This document shows, one piece after another, positions 1-12,894 of a stretch of 64,000 nucleotides of DNA (its first letter is position 1; each line of letters begins with the position of its first letter). Location: contig NGBS01000310.1 in assembly GCA_002245135.1 (NCBI GenBank), positions 1-64,000 of the forward strand, given 5' to 3'. The translations under genes were made by a program, and so were the position numbers. Under the pieces are notes generated by a model that was not told where the DNA came from, made no database searches, and saw only the letters and a list, made by a program, of their open reading frames with translations. The stretch is from Proteromonas lacertae (lineage: Eukaryota).

Positions 1-908
1 ATAATCAAAAAACTTACTTTCAATGCAAAAGAAGATGGATTTATATATTATCCAAAAGAATCAATAACTCATTCGAGAGAAAAAGCTTTAAAAATTGAAA
101 CAACTTCATTATGTTTATTGTTGTGGATAAAAGTGAAAAGAAACACAAGTGAAATCAATAATGCTATAAATAAGAGTATATATTCAATTCAAGAGTGTTG
201 TTGTGATGGATATTATGGTTCAACTCAAGGAACAATATTGAGTTTGAAAGTGTTATTAGAATATGATAATATGATTAAAGAAAGTGGGAAATTTATTTGT
301 AATAATGAGATGAAAATTGAATTGAATAATAAAAATATTATGAATATTGATTTGAAAGAAATGAAAAACTATTCCCAATAGAAATAGAAAAAGAATGTTT
401 AAAATCGTTATTAATGGGAGATGAAAATATACTAAATGTAAAATTAAAGATGAATTAGAAAATCCAATGAATTATCATATACTCTCAATTTCTACTCAAA
501 GAAAAACCATTGATAAATGATAGTTGTAATTTAAAAATGGAATTAAAAATGAATAAAACAGAGTTGAAAGAAGGTGATTTATTAGATGTTGATATAAAAG
601 TGAGAAATATAAGTGATAAATGTTTAGGAATGGTATTATGTAAGATAGGAATAGCTGGTGGATGTGAAGTAAGATATCATAAATTGAGAGAATTACGAAA
701 AGAAGAAAAGATTAGTTTCTTTGAATTAATTGATAATTATTTAGTATTATATTGGAAATGCTTTGAAGGAAATGAAGAGAAGAATGTGCGAATCGAATGT
801 GAATGTAAAATTAGAGGTAATTATGAGATGGAACACAGTGAAGTGTATGAATACTATAATGACAATTCAAAATACTATGTTGATAATTGTTATATAAAAA
901 TCGAGTAA
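1..908 (+). pseudogene. 3' part of a second copy of the alpha-2-macroglobulin/thioester-like gene (partial at window edge, broken by homopolymer indels)
   Basis: Mirror of 27639-28551. ORFs 118..381 and 510..908 match the C-terminal sequence (GYYGSTQGT...GIAGGCEVRY). Single-A deletions relative to the other copy occur near 377, 448, 470 and 499. Confidence 0.8.
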
Positions 909-1097
909 ATAGAGATGATTTTCATTATTATAATATTATTCTACAATTATACTCTAGTTTTCACAACCCAATTCTAAAAAGTCTATGCTTTATCTCCTTT
1001 CATAATTTCAATAACATTATAAACAAATTATTCATAAAAATATACGATTTCAGTTATAATTATATATTGTAGAAATACTATATACACACAAAATATA

Positions 1098-1226
1098 TTA
1101 CTCAAGTGATATTTTGCATCTCGGATAATTCTGATACAATTTCATTACATCATCAATACCTTCTTCAAACAAATTACCTTCCAAATGAAGTTCCATCAGT
1201 AAAGGAACACTTTTAAATGCTTCCAA
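1098..1226 (-). pseudogene. Orphan 3' end of an LRR gene (mirror of 27321-27449)
   Basis: LEAFKSVPLLMELHLEGNLFEEGIDD...* contains an LxxLxLxxNxF repeat. No 5' part is present. Confidence 0.65.
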
Positions 1227-1689
1227 AAGATAAGACAAAAATAATATCGATATATAATAATAATGAAATTGGAAATGAAGGAATAGAAATAATATGTAAA
1301 TATTTTCATAAAGTCGTTGATGATTATGATTCATTAAATCTATCAAGTATTATAGAATATAATATAAAAATATCATATGAATAGATATTGGAATGAGTGA
1401 AGAAGGATTAAAAATGTTAATAGAAAGATTAAAAGATTATAAACTATTAGAAAAGATAAATATATCAGGAAATGAATTAAATGAAGAAGAATTGATATTA
1501 ATGAAAGAAAATCAAGAAGTATTTGATAGTTTAGATGAATTATCCATAACAGTGAAAGAGAATATAGATAAATCAGAATTAAAATCCTTTTTCGAAATAT
1601 TTTCAACAATTGGAATAATCAAAATAGATGGAATATCAAAAGAAGAAAAGAAAGAATTATCAAAAGAATTCTTCAATATTGAATGATTA
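1221..1689 (+). repeat. Third copy of the 469-bp 3' tail of the pseudokinase-LRR gene
   Basis: ORF 1393..1686 (MSEEGLKMLIERL...) is identical to 32264..32557 and 26861..27154. Confidence 0.93.
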
Positions 1690-1847
1690 ATACATGAATA
1701 ATAAACATATTGAATATTCATTATTGAGATTTATTTTTATCAAATTATCTAAATCTTTTCAAATTAAACACAATCACATCCTAAATACCATAAAAAACAC
1801 TTAATAGTATAAGTAATAGCAATAGATAATAATAAAATCAGATAATT

Positions 1848-4800
1848 TTAACCATCTAAACCAAGATCAAGCATTTCTTGAAATCCTTGAGCAAAACCAT
1901 CTTTATCTTTATCATCCTTTTTACTTGTTCCTTTCTTAATGTTTTCACTTCCATCTGCTGATTTGCTATAATATTGAGGAGGTGGTAATTCAAATATTTC
2001 ATATAATGGTAATTTGATTTTCTTTAATTCTTCAATCTATTGAATATTATATATATATTATATTATATACATCTTCATTCCAATTTGTAGTTGATAATAT
2101 ATCTAATACTTTATCCATATTATCTTCATCTAAAAAGTTTTCTAATGTTAAAAATTTGATATATAATTGTTCAGCTGTTGTATTTCTTACTTTTGGAAAA
2201 ACATGAGTCAAATTCACTAATAAATGCTTTATACATTGTTTTCTTACTTCTCCTTCATTTGATAATAAATTTATAAATATTGGAATTGAATATAATATCT
2301 TCTTTGCATCTCGAGTCTATTTTTATTATATATATAAATATTAACATATATTTATTATACTCTTTTCACTTCATCTATTGAAACACGAATTAATTCAAAG
2401 TTAAATCTTTCATGTTCTTTCTCATTTAATTTATTAAAACAGTTATTGTTCAATAATTTCTCACACATTTGAAATAACGGATATATTATTCGAACATTCC
2501 CTTTATATAATTCAAATACATGAATTATATAAAATGCAAAATGATTTAACCAAACTAAACCAATTCCACTTTGTTTATTACACCATTCTATTAAGGCATC
2601 TGAGGATGGTTTACTCAATGATTCAGTTAAACCACCAACACTCACTACTATTCCTTCTACTAATGAATTATTATAACCTTCAATTGATAATACTTTCACC
2701 ATCATTGGATATACAAATTGAGGACTACTCCAACTGTTAAAATCTTTGGGTATTAAATGTTCTAATTCACTTTTATTAGGTATATATAAAAATGGAGGAT
2801 TATGATATAAAATTCTTAATAATATTTCACCTGATGTTTGACGAATATTATCGATCTTTTCTACACTTTGTTTTATTAACACATTCATTAATCGAACTAT
2901 CATATCTTCAGTATAATAATGTTTCTTGTTTTTATATTCATTCTTTATCAAAGGATTTTGATTGGTTAAACTATCTAATACTTTTCGATTTATATCTTCA
3001 GTCAAATATTCTTTTCGATTCTCTACATCACCACAATTAAACTCTTCATCATCATTTTCTTCTCTTATTTCTATTTTACACAAGTTTTTGTTTAGTTTTC
3101 CTTTCTTTAATGGAAATGTTCTTGAACCAATTGATTCTTCATCAAATTCGATTATGAATAATTCTTCATTTTTACCTTTTTCGATTTCTACATTCTCTTT
3201 TTCTATTAATTTACCTTTTCCATATTTAGTATGTAATATTGAACCAATCTTTACTTCTTTATTATATTGATTCAATGGTAATAAATTTGCTTTTTCCAAT
3301 TCTACTTCTAATAACATATTCATAAATTTCTCCATTCCTAATAAAGATTCTTTTCTTATCCAAGAACCAACATCACCACGATCTTCTATACAATAATCCA
3401 TTGTACCAATATATAAACTATCAAATACTAATAATCTGATTTCTTCATTTAATCCTTCTTCATTTAATCCAATTCGACAAGCCAAATCACTTAATGCTTT
3501 CATTGCATTTCTTCGAGTTTCAGCATCTCTTTCATCTCTTTTCTCTTGAATATGAGTTGCATTGATTAAAGCATTAAATACTATTTTTTGTCTCTCAGCT
3601 GTATTGATTGAATAACCTGGTAAACAACCTAAAGCTAAACTAAAACCACGAGTTACTGCTGGATTATCATCATTCTGTAAACCTAATACATATACTGATA
3701 TTACTTTATCCATCATTTCAGAAGATAATTGCTTGAAATATTCTTCAGAAAATGAACGAAATGAATAAGATGCAGCTTTTTGAATATCTTCTAAACTTTG
3801 TTTAAAATGTTCATCTAACGATTGTAATAATCGTAATATTCCTTTCTCACTTAATGGATGATGGCATAAACTAATACATTCAATTAATCGACATATTCCA
3901 ACACGAACTATACTTCCACCTTTACCACGATATAAACGCTCTTTTTCTACATTTATTACCACATTTCGAATTGATTTTAATACATCTTCTTTCAATTCAT
4001 AGTTTAATTCATATAATGATAAGATTATTTCACTCAATGCTAATAAAGCACCATGTCGACGATATACTTGGTTTGATAAGGTATTTTGGATTAATCGAGG
4101 TATTACTGTATTTACCATATAATCAGGATTACAAGGTGTTAAGTTATGTAAAGCTTCAGCACTTAATGTTCTTATTTCAGCATCCCAATGTTCGATTTTT
4201 ACATTTACTGCATGATCAATTAATGCTTGACTATATTCACTAAATGAAGCAACATATGGACCAAGTATTAAATAACTATTATTACGATTACCAACTGCAT
4301 AAAAATCAGTTTTGGTTAATATATCAATTCCATGAGAGAAATTAGAATGTCCTTGTCTACCAACATTCTCTTGAAATGCAGCTGAAGCAGCTCGACGACA
4401 GTTGATTTCACGATCATATAATGCTGTTATCATCAAATTCTTTGCTATTTCTAACTCATAATCTTTCAATATATCAGGTGTATAAGCTCTTGCAAATGCC
4501 CAACAAACATAAGAGGCTGCATCACGAACATTTGTACCAACACTGTAATTACCTCTTCGAACATCATAACTCAATGCTTTCATCACTATTGGAACTACAT
4601 TCTTTAATCTTACAGGTAATAACAAACCTCTTCGAGCTAATTCAGCTAAAGCTAAACAACCACCATGCCAAGCATTTTCATTTTCATTATCATTAAATAC
4701 ATCAATTACACCTTCTAATATTTGATCAGCTAATTCTAATGTCGGTAAACGACAGGTTATTCGACCTATTCCTTTTGCACTTGACCAACGAACATCAGTA

Positions 4801-5990
4801 TCAGAATCTCTTAAACCACATAATAAAGTATCAACTACTCCATCCATATCTTCAGGTATTGAATAATCTTCTTCATCTTCATCATCTTCTTCTTTATTCA
4901 TTATGTTTGGAATATTATCATTTAAAGTGGGTGGTTTTGGTATGTTTATTGTATTATGAATCTCTCTTCTTCCTCTATTATATATCCATTTTGGAACACG
5001 AGGTGGTAAAAATGACATTCCAATTCTTTGACATAATTTCATTATCAATTTGTTTCTTAATTGAAATTCACCACTTGAATTCTTATTCACTAATTGAATT
5101 ATATGCAAAGCACTTTTACTGATCTTTAATAACGTATTTCTATCTCCACATTGAAATATTGAACATAAACATTGTAATATTCCTATCACTTGATTTGCTG
5201 TATTGATTGTCTCAGAATTCATTATTTTATCCAACATTGAATTACTCCAATCAATAAATGATAATAAATGGCTTTCTTCTAAGTCAGGACGAGTTAATAA
5301 TTTCGCTAAACATATTCCTGCAACTTCTCGACTTGCTTCATGTTTTAATAAATATGTTTTACATGTTTCGATTATTGTTGGAATTAATTTTCCTTCATTG
5401 TTTGTATTTTCATCATTTCCTAACGTTGAATCAACTGTTTTTAAATCAAATGGGATTATTACTAATATTGACAACCATACAAATAAACAATAACGACTTT
5501 TCCATAATTGAGCTGCATTTTCATCAATACTTAAGAATAAACGAAGTACAGGTTCTAAATCGCTCACTTCATGAGGTAAAAACTTCACAATTGTCTTGTA
5601 ACCACGAACTTTCATGAATTCATACAATATATTCAATAATACAGTTAAATGTTCATTTTCATACTTCTTTATATTACACAAAGAAATTCCACCTTCTTCT
5701 TTACTACAGATATCTTCATGCTCTTGTAGAATTTCTTCTACTCTCACCATTATTGGACTTATACACTCATTTAAAGAACTGTCAAGTAATGTCGCTTTCT
5801 CTTGATATCTTTCCAACTATTACAAATATTAATTATAATTGAAATATACAATTTGAATGATTTTACCAAAAATATCAAATTTCTTCACATCATAGCTCTT
5901 TGAGCATACAACATTCAAACAATTTATAAATTCATTTTTTTCAACAAATACTGGTGTTTCATTGACATAATCAGCATTGCTTTCATCCAT
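1848..5990 (-). CDS. TBCD: Tubulin-specific chaperone D (tubulin folding cofactor D), copy 1; 3 short introns
   Basis: Motifs VRGYKTIVKFLPHEVSDLE, DTDVRWSSAKGIGR, WHGGCLALAELARRGLL, DREINCRRAASAAFQENVGRQG and DRGDVGSWIR. Exon structure mirrors copy 2. Confidence 0.95.
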
Positions 5991-6160
5991 TTTTTTGAAT
6001 TTTTGATAATTGTATTAATAGTGTATTATGAAGTGTACTATTTTGTATTGAATATTAAGAGCGAATGAAGGAAAGAAATGATATGAATGATGTAAATTAC
6101 AAAATAATTTACCATATTATTTATTCTAACAATACTCCAAACAACATAAACAACTAAATT

Positions 6161-6808
6161 CTATAAATATTTAGCAAAACATAAATAAAGGAGAGTGGTA
6201 TAAGAAGATCCAACAATTGCACCAGCAATAGTATCTCCGAGATAGTGACATCCAAAATATACTCTACCAAACATAGTTAATCCAAGAATAATCAAAATAT
6301 AAGGATTATCATAAAGATAATAAAAAAGAAAGCATACACATGCAGACTATACAATAAAAACATTCTATATACTTGCGAACAATCTCCTGAAGGGAATGAA
6401 TAATTATCATGTAACTTTCTAGGATTGAATATTCTCTTTGGAATAGCACTAATTGGAGGTCTCTGCCTCTTAAATAATATTTTCAACAGTTCACTAGTAA
6501 CAACTGTTGGAATTCTAAAATTAGTCACAAATAAGATATACGTTGAAAATAGATATAAAAATAGAATTGGATAGCCATAGACTACAAATATATATGCTAT
6601 AATAAATGGAACACCATAAACACCAAAAATCATTGTAGGAGTTAATAGTACATATTCTAAAACACCTATTTTAATTCTATACAGAATAAATAAATTTATG
6701 ATACTTGAAAATTATAGAACTAAGGAATTTATCAAGAGTATCAAAAATACGCAACATAGGATTGCTATATTTAGTTTTTGTTATATCCCTTATAAGTACA
6801 TCGATCAT
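6161..6808 (-). CDS. PAP2-superfamily integral-membrane lipid phosphatase; 3 short introns
   Basis: The spliced reading gives motif 1 KILFKRQRP, motif 2 SFPSGD and motif 3 RVYFGCHYLGD, plus hydrophobic segments. Stop TAG is at 6161-6163. Confidence 0.85.
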
Positions 6809-7112
6809 AGATTAGTTTAGAACAGTATATAAAAAATTTACTACTTATAAACTGAAGAAGAATATCAACGAAGAAGAATGATTTGCTATTTTCTTATTGA
6901 GAAAGCTGTTATAAAATATACTCAAATAATATAATGATATATATAAACTATCTGAAGATGGTTGTGAAATAGATTTACTTTAATGAGTAATTAATACTAC
7001 TTTTATATATTCCTTCATATATAATTTTTACAATACATTACACTAATATTATCATAACCTGAAATAACATTTTACTAAATTTACATACAATTTTACATAA
7101 AAAGAAGAAAAA

Positions 7113-7370
7113 ATGCCATCATATCACATTGAAGTTGGAAATTTAAATCTTCAAATTAAAGAAAATGACTTAAGTATTGCATTTAGTGAAATAGGCGAAA
7201 TAGAGTGTTTAAAATTAATCCGACAAAATGGACAAGATAATTGTGGCTATGCTTATGTTAAATATAAGAACGATAATAATGATGAGAGAGCTGTCCAACA
7301 TATGAATGGCAGAAACATAAAAGGATCTATCATTACAGTAAATTTGTATTTTTATAAGAGTGATAATTAA
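7113..7370 (+). CDS. Small single-RRM RNA-binding protein
   Basis: RNP2-like IEVGNL, RNP1-like CGYAYVKY, and C-terminal AVQHMNGRNIKGSIITV. Confidence 0.8.
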   Translation: MPSYHIEVGNLNLQIKENDLSIAFSEIGEIECLKLIRQNGQDNCGYAYVKYKNDNNDERAVQHMNGRNIKGSIITVNLYFYKSDN

Positions 7371-7548
7371 AATCAATAAATTATAATATAATGTAAATTA
7401 GATTGTGATGTTTGTATATTACAATTACTAAAACGACAAAATCACAGTAATTTCAATAGTCATTAAAATAACATTTCCAATAAACAATAAATAATTATAT
7501 ATAAATAATAAAATAGTATTATTTCTATAAAAATGTATTACATTTAAC

Positions 7549-9754
7549 TTAATTTGCTTCAACTGGTTGTTGTTGTTCTGGTGTAGGAGTAGCAATAGGT
7601 GATATATTAATACCCTGAACTTCATTATTACATGTGTTATTTTCATTCTCTTTTTTCACTTCATCATTCTTTACATCAACTTCTTCTTCTTGAGTAGACT
7701 GTGTTGGTTGTGGTTCAATACTTTTACTTGATTCTTCTTGTATATTTTGAAGTGGCAATTCTTCAGAGGATATATTAGTTACTGAATCTTCACTTTTCAC
7801 TTGTAATTCTGTACTATTTTGAGCAGTTACACTTTGGCTAGATAAAGGTGAATGAATAGTAACATTTGCATCATTATCTATACTGGCCAAATGTGGTCGT
7901 CTGCCTTGACCACTTTTGGGTGTTCTTGGTGTTTGAGGTCTACTTGTGGTTGATACATATAAGAATTTCTTCATTCTCAGCTGAGGACCTGTATTAAATC
8001 GACCATTTTGACTTGTAAAGCTTGATCTTCGTGATAAAGATTCTTCTTGTTGCTGTTGTTGTAATTTATTAATTGTTTGTTCGGTTGTATCTTTTATTTT
8101 ATCTAAATGTAATGGTATATCAATTGGAGTATCTTCTAATGGAGCATTTTCTTCTATTTGATTTACAGTTGGAACATTAGGTGGTTTTAATGGCAATGGG
8201 TTAGGATTTATCATTGATTGTCTACCTTTAAATGCAGATAAGTTATTACGTATATTAATATTATTTGGATTTAATTTATTATCTTGAACATTATCAGCAT
8301 CAATTGATTCAATATCAAAATGACCACTTTCATTCCATTTCTTTAAACATTCTTCTAAATATCCTTCTTTACATAATGAATGCATTTGTGCGATCTCTAA
8401 TACTCTTTGCTCTATTATACCCATTATTATCATCATATTATTATCAGTTACACCACTTACGGAGAATTGTTTGGATAATAATTCATCATCGCATCCTACA
8501 TTCTCGAATAATCTAGATATTGGTTTTTTAAGTGAATCTATTGTAGCTTGTACTTCTTCTAAATTATTATGATATTCTGTTGATTGAGTCTCGTATGTTT
8601 CTATCTCATTTTCAAGTCCTTTTAATATTTTTAATCTCTTAGAATGAACATCACTATTTGGATCTTCATTTAATGATAATAATTTCTTCAAACTAGCAAT
8701 ATCAGCTTCAGCTTGTGTAATTTCATTTGTTAATTGAGAGATTCTGTTGACAGATGCAAAATTAGCATCTTCAAATTCAATAATAGTGTCAATCATCTTC
8801 TTATAATCAGTGATTCCACTTTGATCTGACATTTGTTTCAAGGCTCTTTCATATTCATGTACTAATTCAGCTTGTTTTCTTAATTCATTACCTTTCTTTG
8901 CTATATCCCAGAATAATATTGTATTGGATAGTTTAAATTGTTTAACTAATGGATCATCAACCCATTCTTCACATACTATTGTCTTTGATTGTGTTGCTAT
9001 TAGTTTCTGTTCTTCTTGTCTTAATATTTCTTGTTCTCGTTCTAATTGTGCTACTCCTGTAGTCCACTCTTTATCAAATTCATTATTCTCTTGTTCTATT
9101 ACTTCATGAAGTTGTAAACAGTCATTTTGTATTTCTTCAATTAAGTCTTTATTCTCTTTTAATTCGTTTTGAACTTCTTCTATTTTTGCTTGTTTTTCTC
9201 TTAATCTTTTTTCTAATTTTGCAGTTACTCGGTTTCTTCGTGCTTTGTTTTGACGCATTTCTGTAATTTCATCTCTTAATGTTTTGTTTGTTGTTAATAC
9301 AGTATTGAGTTTGACATTGATTGTTCTTAATCTATTATCAGTCACTTTAATAGTATGTGCTTTATGAATATTATAAGCTATAATTAGTATATAGAAGGAA
9401 GAAAAATATACTAGATGTATCAGAAGGGTTCATGTGTGCATCTTTATATTCCTGAACTGTTTTTCTTAATTCTGATAACTCCTTATCTAATTGAGTATGT
9501 CTATTCTTTCCAAATTCTAATTTTTTAGTATAAGTATCTTCCAATTCCTAAATTTCAATAAATAAATGATATAATACTCTCATGCTTCGAATTTGTTGAG
9601 CAGTTGTCGAATTAGTTTTAACTGGAGGTAATACTGACGAGGCTGTTGAAGGTTTTTGATCAACATCCGATGCTCTTCTCTTATCCTGCTGCATTTCATA
9701 GTACTATAATTATTAATAATTTTATCTATCGTATACATTATCATCGATATCCAT
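7549..9754 (-). CDS. ODAD1: Outer dynein arm docking complex subunit, CCDC63/CCDC114 (ODA1/DC2)-like coiled-coil protein; 3 short 5' introns
   Basis: Long coiled coil with family-like segments IIEFEDANFASVNRISQLTNEI and GVTDNNMMIIMGIIEQRVLEI. Upstream exons spliced from ATG 9754 join the 598-aa ORF in frame. Confidence 0.75.
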
Positions 9755-9905
9755 ATTTTCAAGTTTAAAGAGTTAAATGGATTTTATTGAAATAAAATAA
9801 CAGTCACAATTAACTTTGGTTATATGAAATACAAGTAATACATTGAAATTTGTATTTTTGTGTATTTTTCTTCTTTTCTTTTTTTTGAATTATTCAATCA
9901 TCAAA
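9755..9905. promoter_or_regulatory. Putative bidirectional promoter (151 bp) between divergent ODAD1-like and TOP1 genes
   Basis: Head-to-head ATGs at 9754 (-) and 9906 (+). Positional inference only. Confidence 0.4.
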
Positions 9906-12630
9906 ATGCCCCGTAAGTCCAAAAAAGTGATTGAAGAAAGTTCAGAAGAAGAGAATGAAGTATGTAGAGTTTATATTATTAACATAGGATCAAGAGTTTG
10001 AAGAACAAAGCGCGCCAGAAGAAGAAAATGAAGAAATGGAAGAAGAGGAGGAAGTAGAAGAAGAAGATGATGATTCTGATGATGAACCAATAGTCGTATG
10101 CTGATATTCGTTTTAATTATATTAGAAGAAACCAACAAAAGGTAGAAAATCAAAGTCCAGCAAAAAGGAAGAAGAAGCAAATGAAGATGATTTTGAAGAT
10201 GAAGTTCCTGTAGTATATTCCTATTTTAATGGTATATATAATAGAAAGCAAAAAGAAAAAGATCAAGCAGTGCTTCAAAAGCAACATCATCAAAAAAGAT
10301 CAAAAAAGTCCAGTGATTTCGAAGAAGATGAAGATGATGAAGAAGAAATACCAATTAAAAAGCAGATCAGAGGAAGAAAATCAGCCAAGAAGCAAATAAT
10401 TGAAGATGAGGAAGAAAATGATGAAGTAGATGATGATAGTAGTAGTGATGATGATGAAGATAAAATAATAATCAAAAAATCAACACCCAAAAAGAAATCA
10501 ACTGCCAAAACCACAAAATCAAAAGCATCAACAACAGCAAAGAAAACTAAGAGCTCCACGAAAATCCAAAAAATCCGAAGATAATAATGAAGAAGAAGAA
10601 GATGATGATAATAAACCAGTAAAACGTCGAAGAAAATCAAAAAAATCAGAAAATGAGAATGAATCTGATGATGATAGCAACAAACATATAAAGCGTAAGA
10701 AGTTAACAATAGCTCAACAATTAGATATGGCAATGCAATCATTCAAATGGTGGGAAAGTCCAGATCATCCTGATGATATACAATGGTTTACACTTGAACA
10801 TAATGGAGTGATGTTTCCACCAGCTTATACACGTCATAATATACCAATTAAGTATAATAATGAGATAGTGAAGTTAAATGAGAATGAAGAAGAAGCTGCT
10901 ACATTTTATTGCCAAGTTGCATTAGATGGTCCTCAATTGGGTAATCCCAAAACTGCACCTGTTTTTAAGAAGAATTTCTTAAGAGATTTTAGAGCTGTTT
11001 TAACTCCTGAACATAAGAGACTAATTACTGATTTTAATAAACTCAATTTTGATGATATTCGAAAGTATTTAGATAACGAAAGAGAGATTAAAAAGAATAG
11101 AACAAAAGATGAAAAAGAGCAATTGAAATTAGAAAGACAAGGGATTACAACGTCAATATGGATATGCCTTTGTTGATGGCCATTTAGAGAAAGTCGGCAA
11201 CTTTATAATTGAACCACCAGGTTTATTCAGAGGAAGAGGTGAACATCCAAAGATGGGAACAATAAAGTTAAGAGTATTACCTGAGCAAATTACACTGAAT
11301 TGTGGTAAAAGTGAGAAAATACCAAAGTGTCCAGTTCCTGGTCATCATTGGGGAAATATAGTGTTTAAACCAGATTGTACTTGGTTAGCTACATGGACTG
11401 AGAATGTAATGGGATCAGTGAAGTATGTGTTTTTAGCACCATCATCATCGTTTAAAGGTAAATCAGATTTAGAAAAATATGAAAAAGTATTTTAATAATA
11501 AATTATATATAATTATAATGATAGGCAAGAAGATTAAAGAATTGTATTGGAACAATTCGAAAGGATTATAAGACTAATTTATTATCATCTGATGTACAAC
11601 AAAGACAATTAGCAACAGCCATGTGGGTGATTGATCGATTAGCTCTTCGTGTAGGTAATGAGAAATCAGAAGATGAAGCTGATACTGTAGGTTGTTGTTC
11701 ATTAAGAGTTGAACATATGAAATTTGAAGAACCATTTTTATTGACTTTGGATTTTATTGGTAAAGATTCAATGAGATATAGGAACACTATTGATGTATAG
11801 TTATTGTTATATGTTTGTATAGTTATCTAAATATGATAAAATTGGAAGACAAGTTTTTAAAAATCTTAAAAGATTTTGTGATAATAAAAAACATAATGAA
11901 GATGTATTTGATAAACTATCCGTTGATTATTTGAACAAACATTTACAGCAATTAATGCCTGGTTTAACTGCCAAAGTATTCCGTACATTCAATGCCTCGA
12001 TTACATTAGAAGCTCAATTACCACATACAATAGATATTGATACAGAAACAGCTGAGAAAGTGAGAATATATAATACTGCAAATCGTGAGGTAGCAATATT
12101 GTGTAACCATCAAAGAACAGAACCAAAAGGACATGAGAAAGCAATGACTGGATTGAATGAAAATGTATTATTTAGTAAATTCATATGTTATTATAGTTGG
12201 AAATATGTAAAAAACAATTATCTGACCTTCAAAAATGGTTGAAAGATGTAAAGAAAGGTAAAGACATTCCCTTAAAACCAGATAATTTAGAAGATTTAGA
12301 TAAGAAGGAAAAAATGAAGTATAGTCACATGTACAATCGTCAACCAAATGAAGCACAAATTGAGAATCGTATTTCTACTTTACTAGTTAAGATAAACACC
12401 CTTGAATCTAATATAAAGAACAGAGAGGAGAATAAGACAATTGCGTTAGGAACTTCAAAATTAAACTACATGGATCCAAGAATTACTGTTGCTTGGTGTA
12501 AGAGAGTATATATATATATATTATTGTTTATTATGCTTAGAACGAAGTTCCAATTGAGAAATTATTTGCTACTACTCTTAGAGCAAAATTCCCTTGGGCT
12601 ATGAGTGTAAAATCTGATTGGACTTTTTAA
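9906..12630 (+). CDS. TOP1: DNA topoisomerase IB; multiple short introns and three apparent +1 insertions (about 10296, 10562, 11142)
   Basis: [71 protein letters not shown], catalytic SKLNYMDPR and C-terminal KFPWAM. The N-terminus is charged and low-complexity. Confidence 0.96.
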
Positions 12631-12894
12631 AGGGAATGATTATTTTTGTTTTTTATTGGTTTATTTTTTTTTATTTTTTTATTTTGAAAATGGGTGTTTA
12701 AAAATCATGTGGATTATATATCACAGATGCAAATTGTTATAAACAGCTAAGCCAAAGCCAAAACTATTGCATGTATTTGTTTTATAAATTCAACCTCCAA
12801 AACTCAGGTTAAACAAAAACACAATATCATAATAACAAATAAAATCATTTTACAATATAAAATAATGTAGTTACTATAAAACTATAAACAAATT

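Larger units (their letters stand above)
1..6085. repeat. Inverted segmental duplication, arm A (reverse complement of 22463-28551); runs off the window start
   Basis: ORF coordinates mirror exactly (x maps to 28547-x, e.g. 2355..5816 vs 22731..26192 give identical 1153-aa translations). Similarity ends after ...gaaatgatatg at 6085. There are a few SNPs and homopolymer indels. Confidence 0.97.

Noticed and set aside
2534..5805. Antisense ORFs over TBCD (and mirrored at 22742-26013)
   Set aside because: They lie opposite a conserved gene, have low-complexity translations, and are duplicated only because the whole segment is.
9906..12630. TOP1 as a pseudogene or a split (bi-subunit) enzyme
   Set aside because: All catalytic motifs are intact and the breaks are single extra bases in homopolymer runs, so consensus error is more parsimonious.
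12631..12894. Possible small ncRNA in the TOP1 / RCC1-TBC gap (also considered 31770-32250 and 59500-59900)
   Set aside because: No tRNA cloverleaf, snoRNA box pair or convincing stem could be identified by eye. An Infernal/Rfam scan would be needed.
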